Of a stretch of DNA of 64,000 bases, positions 28,701-38,090 are shown one piece after another. The stretch is from Candidatus Omnitrophota bacterium (GTDB lineage Bacteria; Omnitrophota; Omnitrophia; Omnitrophales; JACROU01). The notes below the pieces were generated by a model. It was not told the DNA's origin, ran no database searches, and worked only from the letters and a program-made list of their open reading frames with translations. Within the stretch, counting starts at the first letter, position 1; every line of letters begins with the position of its first letter. The stretch spans positions 38,501 through 102,500 of the forward strand of contig JAJDCD010000023.1 in assembly GCA_029261035.1 (NCBI GenBank), in the 5' to 3' direction. The translations under genes and the position numbers were made by a program.

Positions 28701-30785
28701 ATCATTAAAAAATGGGCAGAGAAATATTCAGAGCCCTTCGCTTCGAGAGATCATGATTTTGAAAAATTTATAGAGCTAACAACAAAGTTAGTTACAGAAG
28801 GCTTTAGTGGCTTTGTGGATGGGGATCGAGCAGCAATTAGAGACATTATTGACAGTCGTCCTGTGCAATATGAAGGTGTTAGAGAGGTTGTTGTTGGTGA
28901 GATTGTGAGAATAATGAATGGCATCAACTCTTCTACATTAAATGCATTTTCCAGAAAACAAATAAATAATTTTTTCAGTTTTTTGGTTGCTAGAGATTTT
29001 TTCAAAAGACATTTTACTGCAGGAGAATCATTCGATGGCGTTCAAGAAATATATATAGGTTCTAAAGCGCCTCATTTTCAATTTCAGATAGCATCCAACC
29101 AATTGCAACCCTACCACTTTGTCGTTTTGCGTGTCCCTTTTGGAGATAGAGGAAAACATCGAGTGGTGATTTTTGACATGAGCGTTTTGAATGGCGAAAA
29201 AAGCCAAACTCAATTTAGAGGTATTTCTGAACAGGCTTATTCTAGCTTGTTATGGCAACCCTTCCGAGTAGATGGACGCGTTGTGGAAATGAGTTTGAAT
29301 ATAGATTCGTCTCAACAGCAGACGATGGAATTGCCGGAGGATGAAATTGGAGGAACTCGGCTACCTTATTTCTCTCAGACCATGATTGGAAGACTCGTTG
29401 ATTGGATGGGGGATATACAGGCTTTTGAAGCTCAGTTTGCAGACACTCAAGTTGTTCCACATGCTCCTCGAGAGGTTCCTGTTTTTACAAAACCAAGGCA
29501 TTCCAGATATAGACCCAGACATCATAGAATGGGGTCTCGGTCTATTCGAGCTAGAAAGAGAAGAAATATACAATTAGATCGGAATGATATAGAAACTAAT
29601 GTTAGACCAGGAAACTCTGCGAACTCGAGAACGTATGTTGATGCCACTCAAGCACCTAAAACGCGAGCAAAGTCAGAGGTTGTGAAAAAAAGACGTCGTT
29701 TAGGGTTGGGAAGACGGCCAGTAGAATTGCCGCCGTTGTCACCCAGAACTTCTTTTTCACCACCGATTCCAACGTCTGTGCCTAATCCGTTAAAACGATT
29801 TAAACCTATGTCGTTACCGCAAGGAGGTCTAACGTCATTTAATCGCCCTCCAGCTAGACAAAACCCAACTCCTCAGGGAGAAGGGCCGAACGTTGCGGAT
29901 CTTAGGAATCAGCATAAACGTATGTTTGGAAAAAGGCTTTCTATTTGGGATCATAGGATGCCTCCTCAGCAAGAGAAAAGACGCGGATTGAGGGGAAATA
30001 GTTTAGGCTCTATTGTTTCTGTGGCTAATCTTGTTGCAGATAAAATTGTTGCTCCTCAAGACTTAGAAAATGAAGTCATTGTATCAGCTGTTTTGAGACA
30101 GGAAGTATCTTTGGAACAACTCTTTAAACTTAGAGAGCTCTTTGATCAGGTGGGAGGAGATGGTTTTTATAAGAAATTGTTTGGCGCCAACTCCAACTTA
30201 AGTGTTGTTCTGATGCAATCTTCTCAAGTGACGGATGCGTTGGCCGCGGGGATAGATTGGGCTTTGGTGAATCAACCGAATTTAATTCTTCGAATTATTA
30301 ATGACGGAACGCAAAATGAGCAGATTGAACAATTGAAGCGCAAGGTGAAAGATTTAAATGTAAATCATAAAGCAGAGAGATTTAAAATCGTGATGTCTGA
30401 TTTGAGCGTTGTTGATACAATTAATTATATTCTCCGAGACAAAGGGAATCTCTATAAAGTGGCTCATACTTTAGATTCCGGTTTGGCAAGAATAGATGTA
30501 ACCAAGCGAACTGTTGTTTTGGCTAAGGAGCAAACCTTAGAAGATATTGATAAAGGGCTTTCCTCTAAAGTTATATTCATTCCTTCTGAAGTTGAAGGCT
30601 CAGCTCTTTATCAATTTGGAATTTCTACGGCTTTAGCAGCAAATGAGGGACGATTAACAGCAGACCTAAAAGAACATCTACGAATCTCCAAATCTGGACA
30701 TTTTGTTTTCCAGGATTTTTCTCGAATCCTTCATGAGCTGATGACAGCACACCAGGCTTTAAAAGCTATTCTACAAGCAGCCTAG
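25701..30785 (+). CDS. Giant exported modular protein (1694 aa): signal peptide, conserved N-terminal domain, protein-kinase-like cargo, Arg/Pro-rich region, C-terminal domain ending -AA
   Basis: AHA signal cleavage-like site; QDAH, VEG, GIED, GGFH as in 34-8568; ASSLG at 27294 and GNSLG at 29994; GQGVTSKVY, DLDARTDNWG, HDFD. Confidence 0.85.
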   Translation: MRFFLVFQQQLRVLTYFLILTFGLDSISLAHAQSVTASVNVAPSIGLGDYSSFPDNLGNIIQKNEISKNAFNLIHLQDAHANPEAQKKIAELIRYFSEEQGYNTVFVEGAYGRLDKRYIEFTDDFSLNQKIAERLTALGEFTAPDVYLSKNKKSTLQFLGIEDPQLYRKNVTHLKKIYQSREEIESWIEAKKLILDRKNSRLKNKNLFYLFKTFLELSEKTNNFSRHLVQLNTISKRELGRDLQDAKEQIEYPNIVRFLRLFKEQKLDREKARVEWEEIVKTISKQKQFLKRAPSFKELNDLNVRVLLETLVEEQGVDFKGFPIFSKYAKALIYQQEMDGAALFAELNTWLLSLINHFSLEAQSKNLFKEIQLFILIKKLLKLELKREEWGLIKDEEIKDKEVQNLIDEALLFYKAAEKREQPFLEQIQNQIKNKKIKKAILLTGGFHTPALLKHANEDGWNSVVIAPQLTSAVDQDDYFKNFMGRDPKDIDVSQVVTQPYSISPETAVALGVDLANRQQLVNTITREFVKASSLGERKEILPGFFEERPLFIPKDGRILRSNERLLLQAGDHYFYVDEKRVVQVDSTGKKIKQIKIANKPLKRWELSEGKKMVSRSHWASNEKEFIWLKHYFQWQRLAKKVYLNDPVLIGQGVTSKVYSMNVAMPQDGVVRTLIGTEFVKKKDKTIGRKRDYGLVGYEVQKGDFQDEPVPVGAVRKLIIKTSSFSTKRSIAYQELIRDRFASTFIAKTAELPSRHPVAHELGLEQFGRERILLQEPLIPLSQILREARGYERQYWANQFVRRVEDFWKRGYVDLDARTDNWGVNSEGKLVFHDFDFVMSLSEMDKGIKGKREDKLTVLSRKIQFFANFIINNVSFLYSLDPELAKHFYERVVHISFELENKQKLYLFNDILSNAAGTSKQLKNWEQHWKRIEVFAKQLIQAHEEQASKEKRKEIVKDVFNFLRASVKKRQALMTQVLRLVAPASQSELKGDQIRRQKGRIIKKWAEKYSEPFASRDHDFEKFIELTTKLVTEGFSGFVDGDRAAIRDIIDSRPVQYEGVREVVVGEIVRIMNGINSSTLNAFSRKQINNFFSFLVARDFFKRHFTAGESFDGVQEIYIGSKAPHFQFQIASNQLQPYHFVVLRVPFGDRGKHRVVIFDMSVLNGEKSQTQFRGISEQAYSSLLWQPFRVDGRVVEMSLNIDSSQQQTMELPEDEIGGTRLPYFSQTMIGRLVDWMGDIQAFEAQFADTQVVPHAPREVPVFTKPRHSRYRPRHHRMGSRSIRARKRRNIQLDRNDIETNVRPGNSANSRTYVDATQAPKTRAKSEVVKKRRRLGLGRRPVELPPLSPRTSFSPPIPTSVPNPLKRFKPMSLPQGGLTSFNRPPARQNPTPQGEGPNVADLRNQHKRMFGKRLSIWDHRMPPQQEKRRGLRGNSLGSIVSVANLVADKIVAPQDLENEVIVSAVLRQEVSLEQLFKLRELFDQVGGDGFYKKLFGANSNLSVVLMQSSQVTDALAAGIDWALVNQPNLILRIINDGTQNEQIEQLKRKVKDLNVNHKAERFKIVMSDLSVVDTINYILRDKGNLYKVAHTLDSGLARIDVTKRTVVLAKEQTLEDIDKGLSSKVIFIPSEVEGSALYQFGISTALAANEGRLTADLKEHLRISKSGHFVFQDFSRILHELMTAHQALKAILQAA

Positions 30786-30875
30786 CCACGCATTTTGCAA
30801 TTCCCTTACCTAGATGGTACAACTTAATTGATGGTATTGAACTAACTTAAGTAGTCAAGGAAGGGAGAATAAGCT

Positions 30876-31352
30876 ATGAACTTTCCAGCCAAACAGAAAG
30901 CGCTTCATGATTTTTGCTACGGACTTTATGTTTTAACCACGCATGATGGGAATGAGATTAATGGACTTACTGCGTCATGGGTAAGTCAAGTTTCATTTGA
31001 GCCACCATTAATCATGGTTGCTGTCGAAAAAACTCGTTACACAAGTCAAATGATCGAAAAAAGTAATGTTTTCACGCTTAATGTTCTTCGAGATGATCAA
31101 GAAGCTGTGGCGAAGCATTTCGTAATTCCTCATTGGAAAGTAAAAAACAAATTTGAGGGACACAAGTACCACCTAGGAAAATCAGGCTGTCCTATTTTGG
31201 ACGAGGCCAGTGCTTATGTGGAATGTCGTGTTATTCAGAAAGTAGATCCTGGGGACCATATGATTTATGTAGGTCAAGTCGTTGATGCGGCACCCTTACA
31301 TGAAGGCCGTGCTCTTTGTATGATGGACACTCCTTTATCTTATAGCGGATAA
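30876..31352 (+). CDS. Flavin reductase family protein (DIM6/NTAB-like)
   Basis: GLTASWVSQVSFEPP, GDH motif; SD gggag. Confidence 0.9.
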   Translation: MNFPAKQKALHDFCYGLYVLTTHDGNEINGLTASWVSQVSFEPPLIMVAVEKTRYTSQMIEKSNVFTLNVLRDDQEAVAKHFVIPHWKVKNKFEGHKYHLGKSGCPILDEASAYVECRVIQKVDPGDHMIYVGQVVDAAPLHEGRALCMMDTPLSYSG

Positions 31353-31491
31353 AGAGTGCTTCTTATATCCATTCTTTGACGAACCCTTTAGGGGGTGTCG
31401 AATTGGGAGATTAGAGAATTGTTTCATAAGATGCTACTCTCAAAGAAACCAATTCCATCCCCTTTTATTTATGTCTAAATTTTAAACTCTT

Positions 31492-33063
31492 CTAGATGAC
31501 GCGTTCGTATTCGTCTTTTTTAAGTTTCCAGACAGGCTTACCGCAAAAACGATCCCCTTCAGGGCAGAATGGAGTTACTTTAGCATTGAAGCGCATATGA
31601 CATGGAGGGTATATGTGTTTAACTAAATTAGGTTGTACTTTTTCGACTTGTTTTACCTCATCGAGACAGTTGTGCCAAATTTCTTCTTGGGCGGTATAAC
31701 ATAGACGGTGAACCCATTTGTGATGAAAGTTCAGCAAATCCCCAGACTCCACAAAACGAATAGGAAAAGAGTTTGGTACCAGATAAGTAGCAAACTCTTC
31801 CGAAACACCCAAGTCGAGTAATTTGTTAATTCCTTCCCAAATTTTTTGATGGGCCTTTTCATAGATTTCCGTTGCTTCAGCACTTTCTGAAATGAGAGGA
31901 GGAGTGATGAAGTCTACTTTATCTCGAACAAATTGAGTGATGAAAATAGGGCGAGACCCTGGAGTCATTCGATGACGTTGATCTTGAGAGTCTGCGGTGT
32001 GGCTTATTTTTTTTCTAAAAGTGAAGTGAGGATGCAGCATCGTTCGTGTTAGCTTCGCGTGCGATGTTAAATTTAAAGCTTCTTTGTAGTACGTATTTTT
32101 AGCTGGGGACATAGCCGCTTCGATGGCGTCTTCATTTGAAAGCTTTTCTTTTGGGATACCCAATACAGTTCGGACGGCTTCTCCCATTGTCTCTTCCGCA
32201 TTTGTTTTGTAGTCGATCAAAAAAGAAGTGCTATTGCCGAGATTCTTATCAAACTCTTCAACAAATTGTCGTGAGAGACCCTTGTTGCTTTGGTTGTGAA
32301 ACTGATGAAATAATTGGTATTCCGGAGTTTCTTCGATTGGGATAGAGTCTTCAATGTTTTGAAAGAAAAGAGGGTCTTGTTCTGTTACGGCGGCAATCAT
32401 TTTTCCAACGACTAACTTTTGTTCATGAGGAGTGTCATAGGAATTAACCAGTTTGTTGTAACGGTGCAATGTTAACCCGCTGATAGTGTGGTACAGGTGA
32501 GCGTGTGTTGCAACAGGCAAAATATAACGAGCGACTTCCTGAGTTTTTTTCTTAAGAGAACTCTGCCAACGTTTTTCTTCCGTATTTCTATTGGGAAATA
32601 CTTTTGAATACGATTTTAGTGTAGGCGTCATGAGAACTTCATTTAACTTGTGATACGTATCCATTTGGAAATTGGCGATTGATTCGTAAACATCAAGTGC
32701 TTCGCCTTCCAATGGAGGAACCCAAAAAGTACCTGGTTTTACAGAAACGTAGCGTTGACTGACTTGTTCTGAATTGTAGAACATATGACTATGTAGAAAG
32801 GCCCAAATAAATTGACGAGAAACTTTCTCGAGGACAAACTGAAATGTTGCATGCTGAATTGTTGTGTGATGCCCTGCTTGGTAGATACTCGTGGCAATAC
32901 GGTCTCTTAAATCCCGAGAACGCTCGTCTTTGTCGACGTCTTCAGAGTAGATTACCTTAGAAGAATAACAGGTTCGAGCTGTGGCAACGGCATTATTGTA
33001 AGGCGTTTTAAAGATATTAATCAGCTTTACTTCAGGTTGTGTGGGAGTCAATGTTGTTTGCAT
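31492..33063 (-). CDS. thyX: FAD-dependent thymidylate synthase, tandem two-domain form
   Basis: ARTCYS, GHHT, EQVSQRY, ARYILP in first half; QRHR, RLC-x-AQEEI in second half. Confidence 0.85.
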   Translation of the reverse strand: MQTTLTPTQPEVKLINIFKTPYNNAVATARTCYSSKVIYSEDVDKDERSRDLRDRIATSIYQAGHHTTIQHATFQFVLEKVSRQFIWAFLHSHMFYNSEQVSQRYVSVKPGTFWVPPLEGEALDVYESIANFQMDTYHKLNEVLMTPTLKSYSKVFPNRNTEEKRWQSSLKKKTQEVARYILPVATHAHLYHTISGLTLHRYNKLVNSYDTPHEQKLVVGKMIAAVTEQDPLFFQNIEDSIPIEETPEYQLFHQFHNQSNKGLSRQFVEEFDKNLGNSTSFLIDYKTNAEETMGEAVRTVLGIPKEKLSNEDAIEAAMSPAKNTYYKEALNLTSHAKLTRTMLHPHFTFRKKISHTADSQDQRHRMTPGSRPIFITQFVRDKVDFITPPLISESAEATEIYEKAHQKIWEGINKLLDLGVSEEFATYLVPNSFPIRFVESGDLLNFHHKWVHRLCYTAQEEIWHNCLDEVKQVEKVQPNLVKHIYPPCHMRFNAKVTPFCPEGDRFCGKPVWKLKKDEYERVI

Positions 33064-33071
33064 ATCTAGCC

Positions 33072-33100
33072 ATTATAAGCCTCCTCATACCTTCCGTCAA
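33072..33100 (-). promoter_or_regulatory. Near-consensus sigma70 promoter of thyX (probably leaderless transcript)
   Basis: TTGACG-17 nt-TATAAT ending 8 nt before the ATG. Confidence 0.75.
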
Positions 33101-33209
33101 TCGGTCAGAAAATGATGCTCTCATATTGTATTCAGACACAAAGGTAAGTTTAGCCCCATTTTCTGGCTATCACACGTTTTATGATTTTTTGTGTTAAAAT
33201 AGGTCTTCT

Positions 33210-33863
33210 ATGGCAAATCCAAATCTTTATATAAAACAGATGGAAATGGGTCCTATGCAGAATTTTGTTTATTTTGTAGGGGATAAGAAGACAAGAGAAG
33301 TGGCAGTCGTGGACACCGCTTGGGACGTCCCTGAGATATTAAAGGCGGCCGAAAAAGAGGAAGTTACGATTACGCATGCTTTGGTTAGCCACTATCACTT
33401 TGATCATACCAATGGTCTTCCAGATTTGTTGAAAGAATTAGATGTTCCTGTTTATATTAATAAAGCGGAAGAGCAGTGGATGAAAGGATTAGCAGCAGAA
33501 AATACAAAAGCTGTAAAATCAGGAGATAAGATTAAATTAGGAGAGATTGAGATTGAGTTTTTGCATACTCCTGGACACACTCCGGGTTCTCAATGTTTCT
33601 TAGTGGATGGAAATTTAATTTCGGGGGATACCTTATTTATTGATGCTTGTGGAAGAACAGACTTGCCTGGAGGGAATCCAGAAGATTTGTATCATAGTTT
33701 AACGACGAAGTTGATGAAGCTGGACGACAGCACTATTTTATTTCCAGGGCACAATTACTCAGAGCTACAAACAGTGACTATGGGAGAACAGAAAGAGACA
33801 AATCCTTTTCTGAACATTCCCACCTTAGATGATTTTTTAAAAAAGTTTGGATATAAAGAATAG
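33210..33863 (+). CDS. Metallo-beta-lactamase-fold hydrolase (glyoxalase II-like)
   Basis: SHYHFDH, HTPGHTPG, SGDTLF, FPGH. Confidence 0.92.
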   Translation: MANPNLYIKQMEMGPMQNFVYFVGDKKTREVAVVDTAWDVPEILKAAEKEEVTITHALVSHYHFDHTNGLPDLLKELDVPVYINKAEEQWMKGLAAENTKAVKSGDKIKLGEIEIEFLHTPGHTPGSQCFLVDGNLISGDTLFIDACGRTDLPGGNPEDLYHSLTTKLMKLDDSTILFPGHNYSELQTVTMGEQKETNPFLNIPTLDDFLKKFGYKE

Positions 33864-33986
33864 CGGGTAGCGCGTAGCGTAGAGCGTATAGTTTCTGTTG
33901 TCTTTTTCCTTCTCCCTCCGACGGAGGGAGAAGGTTAGGATGAGGGTGGTGGGCCCTATACGCTAAACGCTCTACGCTATACGCTA
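33864..33986. repeat. Composite element: inverted heptamer tracts (TAGCGTA / TACGCTA) enclosing a CCTTCTCCC...GGGAGAAGGTTAGGATGAGG hairpin
   Basis: tagcgcgtagcgtagagcgtatag versus ctatacgctaaacgctctacgctatacgcta; inner hairpin 33908-33946. Confidence 0.75.
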
Positions 33987-34004
33987 GTAGACAAAGGATA
34001 AAAC

Positions 34005-34517
34005 ATGTTACCAATTTTTCTTGGACTTGCAATTAGTAACACCATTTTACTTTTATTAACGATGGGCGTTGGAACTCAATATTCTGGAGGTCAAGCTGTT
34101 TTCGGTGCACACTTCAGCGCAGCTCTTTTTACAGGGATTTTCACTCTTTTTGTTCACTGCATTGTTTTTACTTATTTTGTGGGGACAGGAAAGTGGATTA
34201 AGGAAACGATTAGTAACGGAGTACTTAAAGAAGAAGAGTGGTGGCCTAAGATAAAAGCGTTCAAGAGAAAAGTGTTTCCTATTAATTTGTATGCGATGAT
34301 TGCTGTGATTGCGACTGCAGTTCTTGGGGCTACAGCATATGCTAAAGATTCTCATCTGTCTTCATGGATTCATCAGATGGTAGCTTATTTTACCTTAGTT
34401 CTTAATTTGTATGCTTTCTATGTGGAAGGAAAGAATATTAAAGAAAATTCAGAGTTGCTGGCAAAGGCAGTAGATATCAAACAAAAACATATTGATGAAC
34501 AGGAGCCCGGTTTATGA
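34005..34517 (+). CDS. Hypothetical integral membrane protein (4 TM)
   Basis: Four hydrophobic segments with His residues; SD aagga; overlaps the cytochrome c start (ATGA). Confidence 0.75.
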   Translation: MLPIFLGLAISNTILLLLTMGVGTQYSGGQAVFGAHFSAALFTGIFTLFVHCIVFTYFVGTGKWIKETISNGVLKEEEWWPKIKAFKRKVFPINLYAMIAVIATAVLGATAYAKDSHLSSWIHQMVAYFTLVLNLYAFYVEGKNIKENSELLAKAVDIKQKHIDEQEPGL

Positions 34518-34876
34518 GGGTTTATATCACTCTACCTTTTATTTTAGTAGGCTTACTATTTTGTTCTCATAGTTTTGCTGAAGAGGCTTTGGAAGACACG
34601 ATTTCATACGAACAGTCAAAAGAATTATACCGAGATAATTGCGCGTCTTGTCATGGGAAGAAGGGAAATGCAAAAACTTTGATGGGGCGAATGTTAAAAC
34701 CTAAACCAAAAGCCTTTCAAAGTGTTTTGAGCGACCCGAGTATGAATGATGAGAAACTGTTTTCTGCAATTTCTGATGGAAAACCGGATACAGCAATGCG
34801 TGCTTTTAATACGGATCTCTCAGAGGATGAGATTAAAGCTGTGATTACCTATATCAAAAAAGAATTTGAAGATTAA
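34514..34876 (+). CDS. Class I monoheme cytochrome c
   Basis: Signal peptide, CASCH, distal Met in GKPDTAM. Confidence 0.92.
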   Translation: MRVYITLPFILVGLLFCSHSFAEEALEDTISYEQSKELYRDNCASCHGKKGNAKTLMGRMLKPKPKAFQSVLSDPSMNDEKLFSAISDGKPDTAMRAFNTDLSEDEIKAVITYIKKEFED

Positions 34877-34884
34877 TTACATTC

Positions 34885-34921
34885 TGTCATTCCCGCGAAG
34901 GCGGGAATCCAGGGGATGACA
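34885..34921. repeat. TGTCATTCCCGCGAAGGCGGGAATCCAG REP-like element (dRS3/RPE-like)
   Basis: ATTCCC-N8-GGGAAT core identical in form to Neisseria dRS3. Confidence 0.8.
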
Positions 34922-34937
34922 AGTAGAGGGGGAGAAA

Positions 34938-35249
34938 ATGGGAAAAACAATTACCGAGTGGACAGAAGAATGTTTTCAAAGTTCAAAAGAAAAAGGGTTT
35001 TGGGAGAATGATCGAAATGTAGGGGAAATGTTGATGCTGATTGTTTCCGAATTAGGGGAAGCCGTCGAAGCTCATCGAAAAGGGGATATGGGTTTAGAGG
35101 CGAAAGATACTTTTGAAGATGAACTTGCAGATACAGCGATTCGTTTGTTTGATATGTGTGGGGGTTTGGGGATTGATCTTGAAAAGCAGATTGAGTGGAA
35201 GATGAATTTTAATAAGAGTAGGGAAGTTAGGCATGGGAAGGCTTATTAA
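34938..35249 (+). CDS. MazG-like nucleotide pyrophosphohydrolase
   Basis: SELGEAVEA and DELAD acidic motifs, K-x-x-x-N-x-x-R tail. Confidence 0.85.
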   Translation: MGKTITEWTEECFQSSKEKGFWENDRNVGEMLMLIVSELGEAVEAHRKGDMGLEAKDTFEDELADTAIRLFDMCGGLGIDLEKQIEWKMNFNKSREVRHGKAY

Positions 35250-35267
35250 GAAGTTGGGTTTTGTTGG

Positions 35268-35422
35268 GCGACCTGGAAAGGTTCCCGGCGCTCAGACAGC
35301 ACAAAAATTGTGATGCGATTTTTGTGAACTCGCGGCGGGAACCTTTCCAGGTCGCTTAAGTTATAACTTTTTTTTGGTATTGGGGGTTGAAAGCCAGAGC
35401 TACATCGAGTAGCTCTGGCTTT
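35268..35422 (+). ncRNA. Candidate structured RNA/ssDNA element, copy 2, with companion CRTCGAG hairpin
   Basis: Same invariant core in a perfect 19-bp stem (35268-35355); 13-bp hairpin 35390-35422. Confidence 0.55.
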
Positions 35423-35538
35423 CTTGGTTTAGGGTGTTCGTTATCTGTAAGATAACGAAACGCGTATTTGTTGTTAGGGATCCCAATAAATATTGGGATA
35501 ACGGCGTTTTCTTCGTTAGAGGTTGGTTTAGGATTTAT

Positions 35539-35748
35539 TTAGAAGTCGAAGGTGTCTTTTCGGTATTTGAAGGTGTGGTTATCGAAATCGCGTTTGGTGA
35601 CTTTCCAGATTTTTTCGCAGAGTGGGCATGTGCAGATATAGTTTTTCCCCCACTTGCTGTAATGCCAATGTCCGAAGTGAACTAGCCTACAGATGATAAA
35701 CTTAAACAGTGTTGTGAAGTAGCCCTGGCGGGCTTTGGTCTTACCCAT
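35539..35748 (-). CDS. Small basic Cys/His-rich hypothetical protein (69 aa)
   Basis: ATG with SD aggtg 7 nt upstream; C-x5-G-H...CTCPLC possible metal site. Confidence 0.6.
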   Translation of the reverse strand: MGKTKARQGYFTTLFKFIICRLVHFGHWHYSKWGKNYICTCPLCEKIWKVTKRDFDNHTFKYRKDTFDF

Positions 35749-35862
35749 AGTAAAACACCTCTTGCTTTTATAAGTCTAGCATATGATGCTGGGATGTGCA
35801 TATTTCTCTATCTCTATATCAGTTATTAAGTTGCAGACATTACTTCACATTTTTAGGGAGTC

Positions 35863-35919
35863 GGGGACATGGGCTTTTGTAACCATTGCTAAGTAATTGT
35901 GGCAAAAGTGCGTGTCCCC
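35863..35919 (-). repeat. ~58-bp bulged hairpin repeat, copy 2
   Basis: Reverse complement matches 8770-8827 and 45500-45559. Confidence 0.85.
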
Positions 35920-36016
35920 TATACAAAGGGTGGGCTGTATTCCTTTTAAAACCATTAGCAGCAATGACATTTATCCTATTTACTAAATTGACTAATAAGA
36001 TATAATCTTTCACCTT

Positions 36017-37423
36017 ATGGCTAAAACACTATTTGAAAAAATTTGGGAACAACATGTGGTTACTACCTTAGAGGATGGAACTTCGATCATGTATATTGAT
36101 CGGCATTTAATCCATGAGGTGACCAGCCCACAAGCATTTGAAGGGCTTCGTTTAACGGGTCGGAAAGTACGTCGACCTGAGTTGACGTTTGCGACGATGG
36201 ATCATAATGTGCCTACCGATGATCGTTATAATATTAAAGATCCTATTTCCAAAGCTCAGATTGAAGCATTGACGGACAACTGTAAAGAGTTTGGAATTCA
36301 GCTTTTTGATTTAAACAGCGACAAACAAGGTGTGGTACATATTATTGGTCCTGAGTTAGGCATTACGATGCCAGGCACTACGATTGTATGTGGAGATTCT
36401 CACACTTCGACCCATGGTGCTTTTGGAACCTTTGCGATGGGTATTGGAACATCCGAAGTGGAGCATGTGCTAGCGACGCAATGTTTGCCCCAAAAAAAAC
36501 CAAAGACATTTAAAGTAGAGTTTGCTGGTATTCCGAAGGCCCCCGTTTCAGCGAAAGATTTGATCTTAAAATTTATTGGAGTAGTTGGAACCGCAGGTGG
36601 GACAGGGTATGTTTTAGAATATTGTGGTGAAGCGATCCGAGCTTTATCTATGGAAGAAAGAATGACTATTTGTAATATGAGCATTGAGGCGGGAGCGCGC
36701 GGCGGTTTGATTGCACCGGATGAAACGACCATTGATTACATTGTTAAGAACGACAGACCTTACGCGCCTAAAGGGGAAGAACTAGAAAAAGCAATTGAGT
36801 ATTGGAAGTCTTTACCTTCAGATCCTGGGGCTACTTATGATCGAGAAATTACCATTGATGTTACGAATCTTTCTCCTCAAGTTACTTGGGGAACGAGTCC
36901 GGGAATGGTGATGGATGTTACAGGAACGATTCCTAACGTAGATGAAGTGCCAGGGTACAGCCCAAAAGATGTTCAACATACTTTGGATTATATGGGCTTA
37001 ACACCAGGGACCCCATTGACGGATATAAAGGTGGATACCGTATTTATTGGCAGTTGTACCAACGGACGTATTGAAGATTTAAGAATTGCCGCAAAGTACT
37101 TTAAAGGGAAAAAAGTTGCTGAGGGTGTGCATGCTTTAATTGTGCCAGGATCACAGCAAGTAAAGAAACAAGCTACGGAAGAAGGTTTAGATAAAATTTT
37201 TGTTGAAGCGGGTTGTGACTGGAGAGAGTCTGGTTGTAGTATGTGTTTAGCGATGAATCCAGATCAGTTGAAGCCGGGTGAGCGCGCAGCCTCTACATCG
37301 AATCGTAATTTTGAAGGACGGCAAGGCAAAGGCGGCCGCACCCATTTAGTTAGCCCACAAATGGCAGCTGCGGCTGCAGTCGAAGGGCATTTTGTAGATA
37401 TTAGAACTTGGGAAGAGGATTAA
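36017..37423 (+). CDS. leuC: 3-isopropylmalate dehydratase large subunit
   Basis: [48 protein letters not shown]. Confidence 0.98.
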   Translation: MAKTLFEKIWEQHVVTTLEDGTSIMYIDRHLIHEVTSPQAFEGLRLTGRKVRRPELTFATMDHNVPTDDRYNIKDPISKAQIEALTDNCKEFGIQLFDLNSDKQGVVHIIGPELGITMPGTTIVCGDSHTSTHGAFGTFAMGIGTSEVEHVLATQCLPQKKPKTFKVEFAGIPKAPVSAKDLILKFIGVVGTAGGTGYVLEYCGEAIRALSMEERMTICNMSIEAGARGGLIAPDETTIDYIVKNDRPYAPKGEELEKAIEYWKSLPSDPGATYDREITIDVTNLSPQVTWGTSPGMVMDVTGTIPNVDEVPGYSPKDVQHTLDYMGLTPGTPLTDIKVDTVFIGSCTNGRIEDLRIAAKYFKGKKVAEGVHALIVPGSQQVKKQATEEGLDKIFVEAGCDWRESGCSMCLAMNPDQLKPGERAASTSNRNFEGRQGKGGRTHLVSPQMAAAAAVEGHFVDIRTWEED

Positions 37424-37426
37424 GTT

Positions 37427-38080
37427 ATGTCAGAGCCCGTTAAAAACTTTAAAGGAATACTTGCAACTTTAGATCGTGCTAATGTAGATACCGACCAAAT
37501 TATCCCTAAACAATTCTTAAAATCAATTAAAAGAACTGGGTTTGGAGAGAGTCTTTTTTTTGATTGGCGCTATGATGAAGCTGGGAAAGATAACCCAGAA
37601 TTTGAATTGAATGCAGAGCGTTTTAAAGGAGCTTCTATTTTAATTACGAGAAATAACTTTGGATGCGGTTCAAGCCGAGAACATGCTGTGTGGGCGGTGG
37701 ATCAATATGGGTTTCGAGCCATTGTGGCTCCATCTCAAGGTGAAGGGGAAAACAAAATCCAGGCCTTTGCAGATATTTTTAAAAACAACTGTGCTAAGAA
37801 TTCTATTATCACAATTGAATTAACTGAGGCAGAAGTTGAAGAAATTTTTCAGATGGTGGGACGCTATGAAGGTTTAGAAGCTACGGTAGATTTGGAAGAA
37901 CAAAGATTGATTTTGCATCTACCTGAAGAGATGGCTTTTCACTTTGACATTGATCCTGCAGTGAAAAAAAATATTATTCATGGTTTGGATGATATTGGCT
38001 TAACCCTTCAAAAAGAAACAGATATTGAAGCGTTTGAGTTAAAGCACAATACTCAAATTGCTCCCTCGAATGTCTCTTAA
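37427..38080 (+). CDS. leuD: 3-isopropylmalate dehydratase small subunit
   Basis: [33 protein letters not shown]. Confidence 0.98.
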   Translation: MSEPVKNFKGILATLDRANVDTDQIIPKQFLKSIKRTGFGESLFFDWRYDEAGKDNPEFELNAERFKGASILITRNNFGCGSSREHAVWAVDQYGFRAIVAPSQGEGENKIQAFADIFKNNCAKNSIITIELTEAEVEEIFQMVGRYEGLEATVDLEEQRLILHLPEEMAFHFDIDPAVKKNIIHGLDDIGLTLQKETDIEAFELKHNTQIAPSNVS

Positions 38081-38090
38081 GGAATCGGAA

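Noticed and set aside
35434-35685. 83-aa ORF on + strand
   Set aside because: Overlaps the better supported - strand ORF 35539-35748; GTG start without SD
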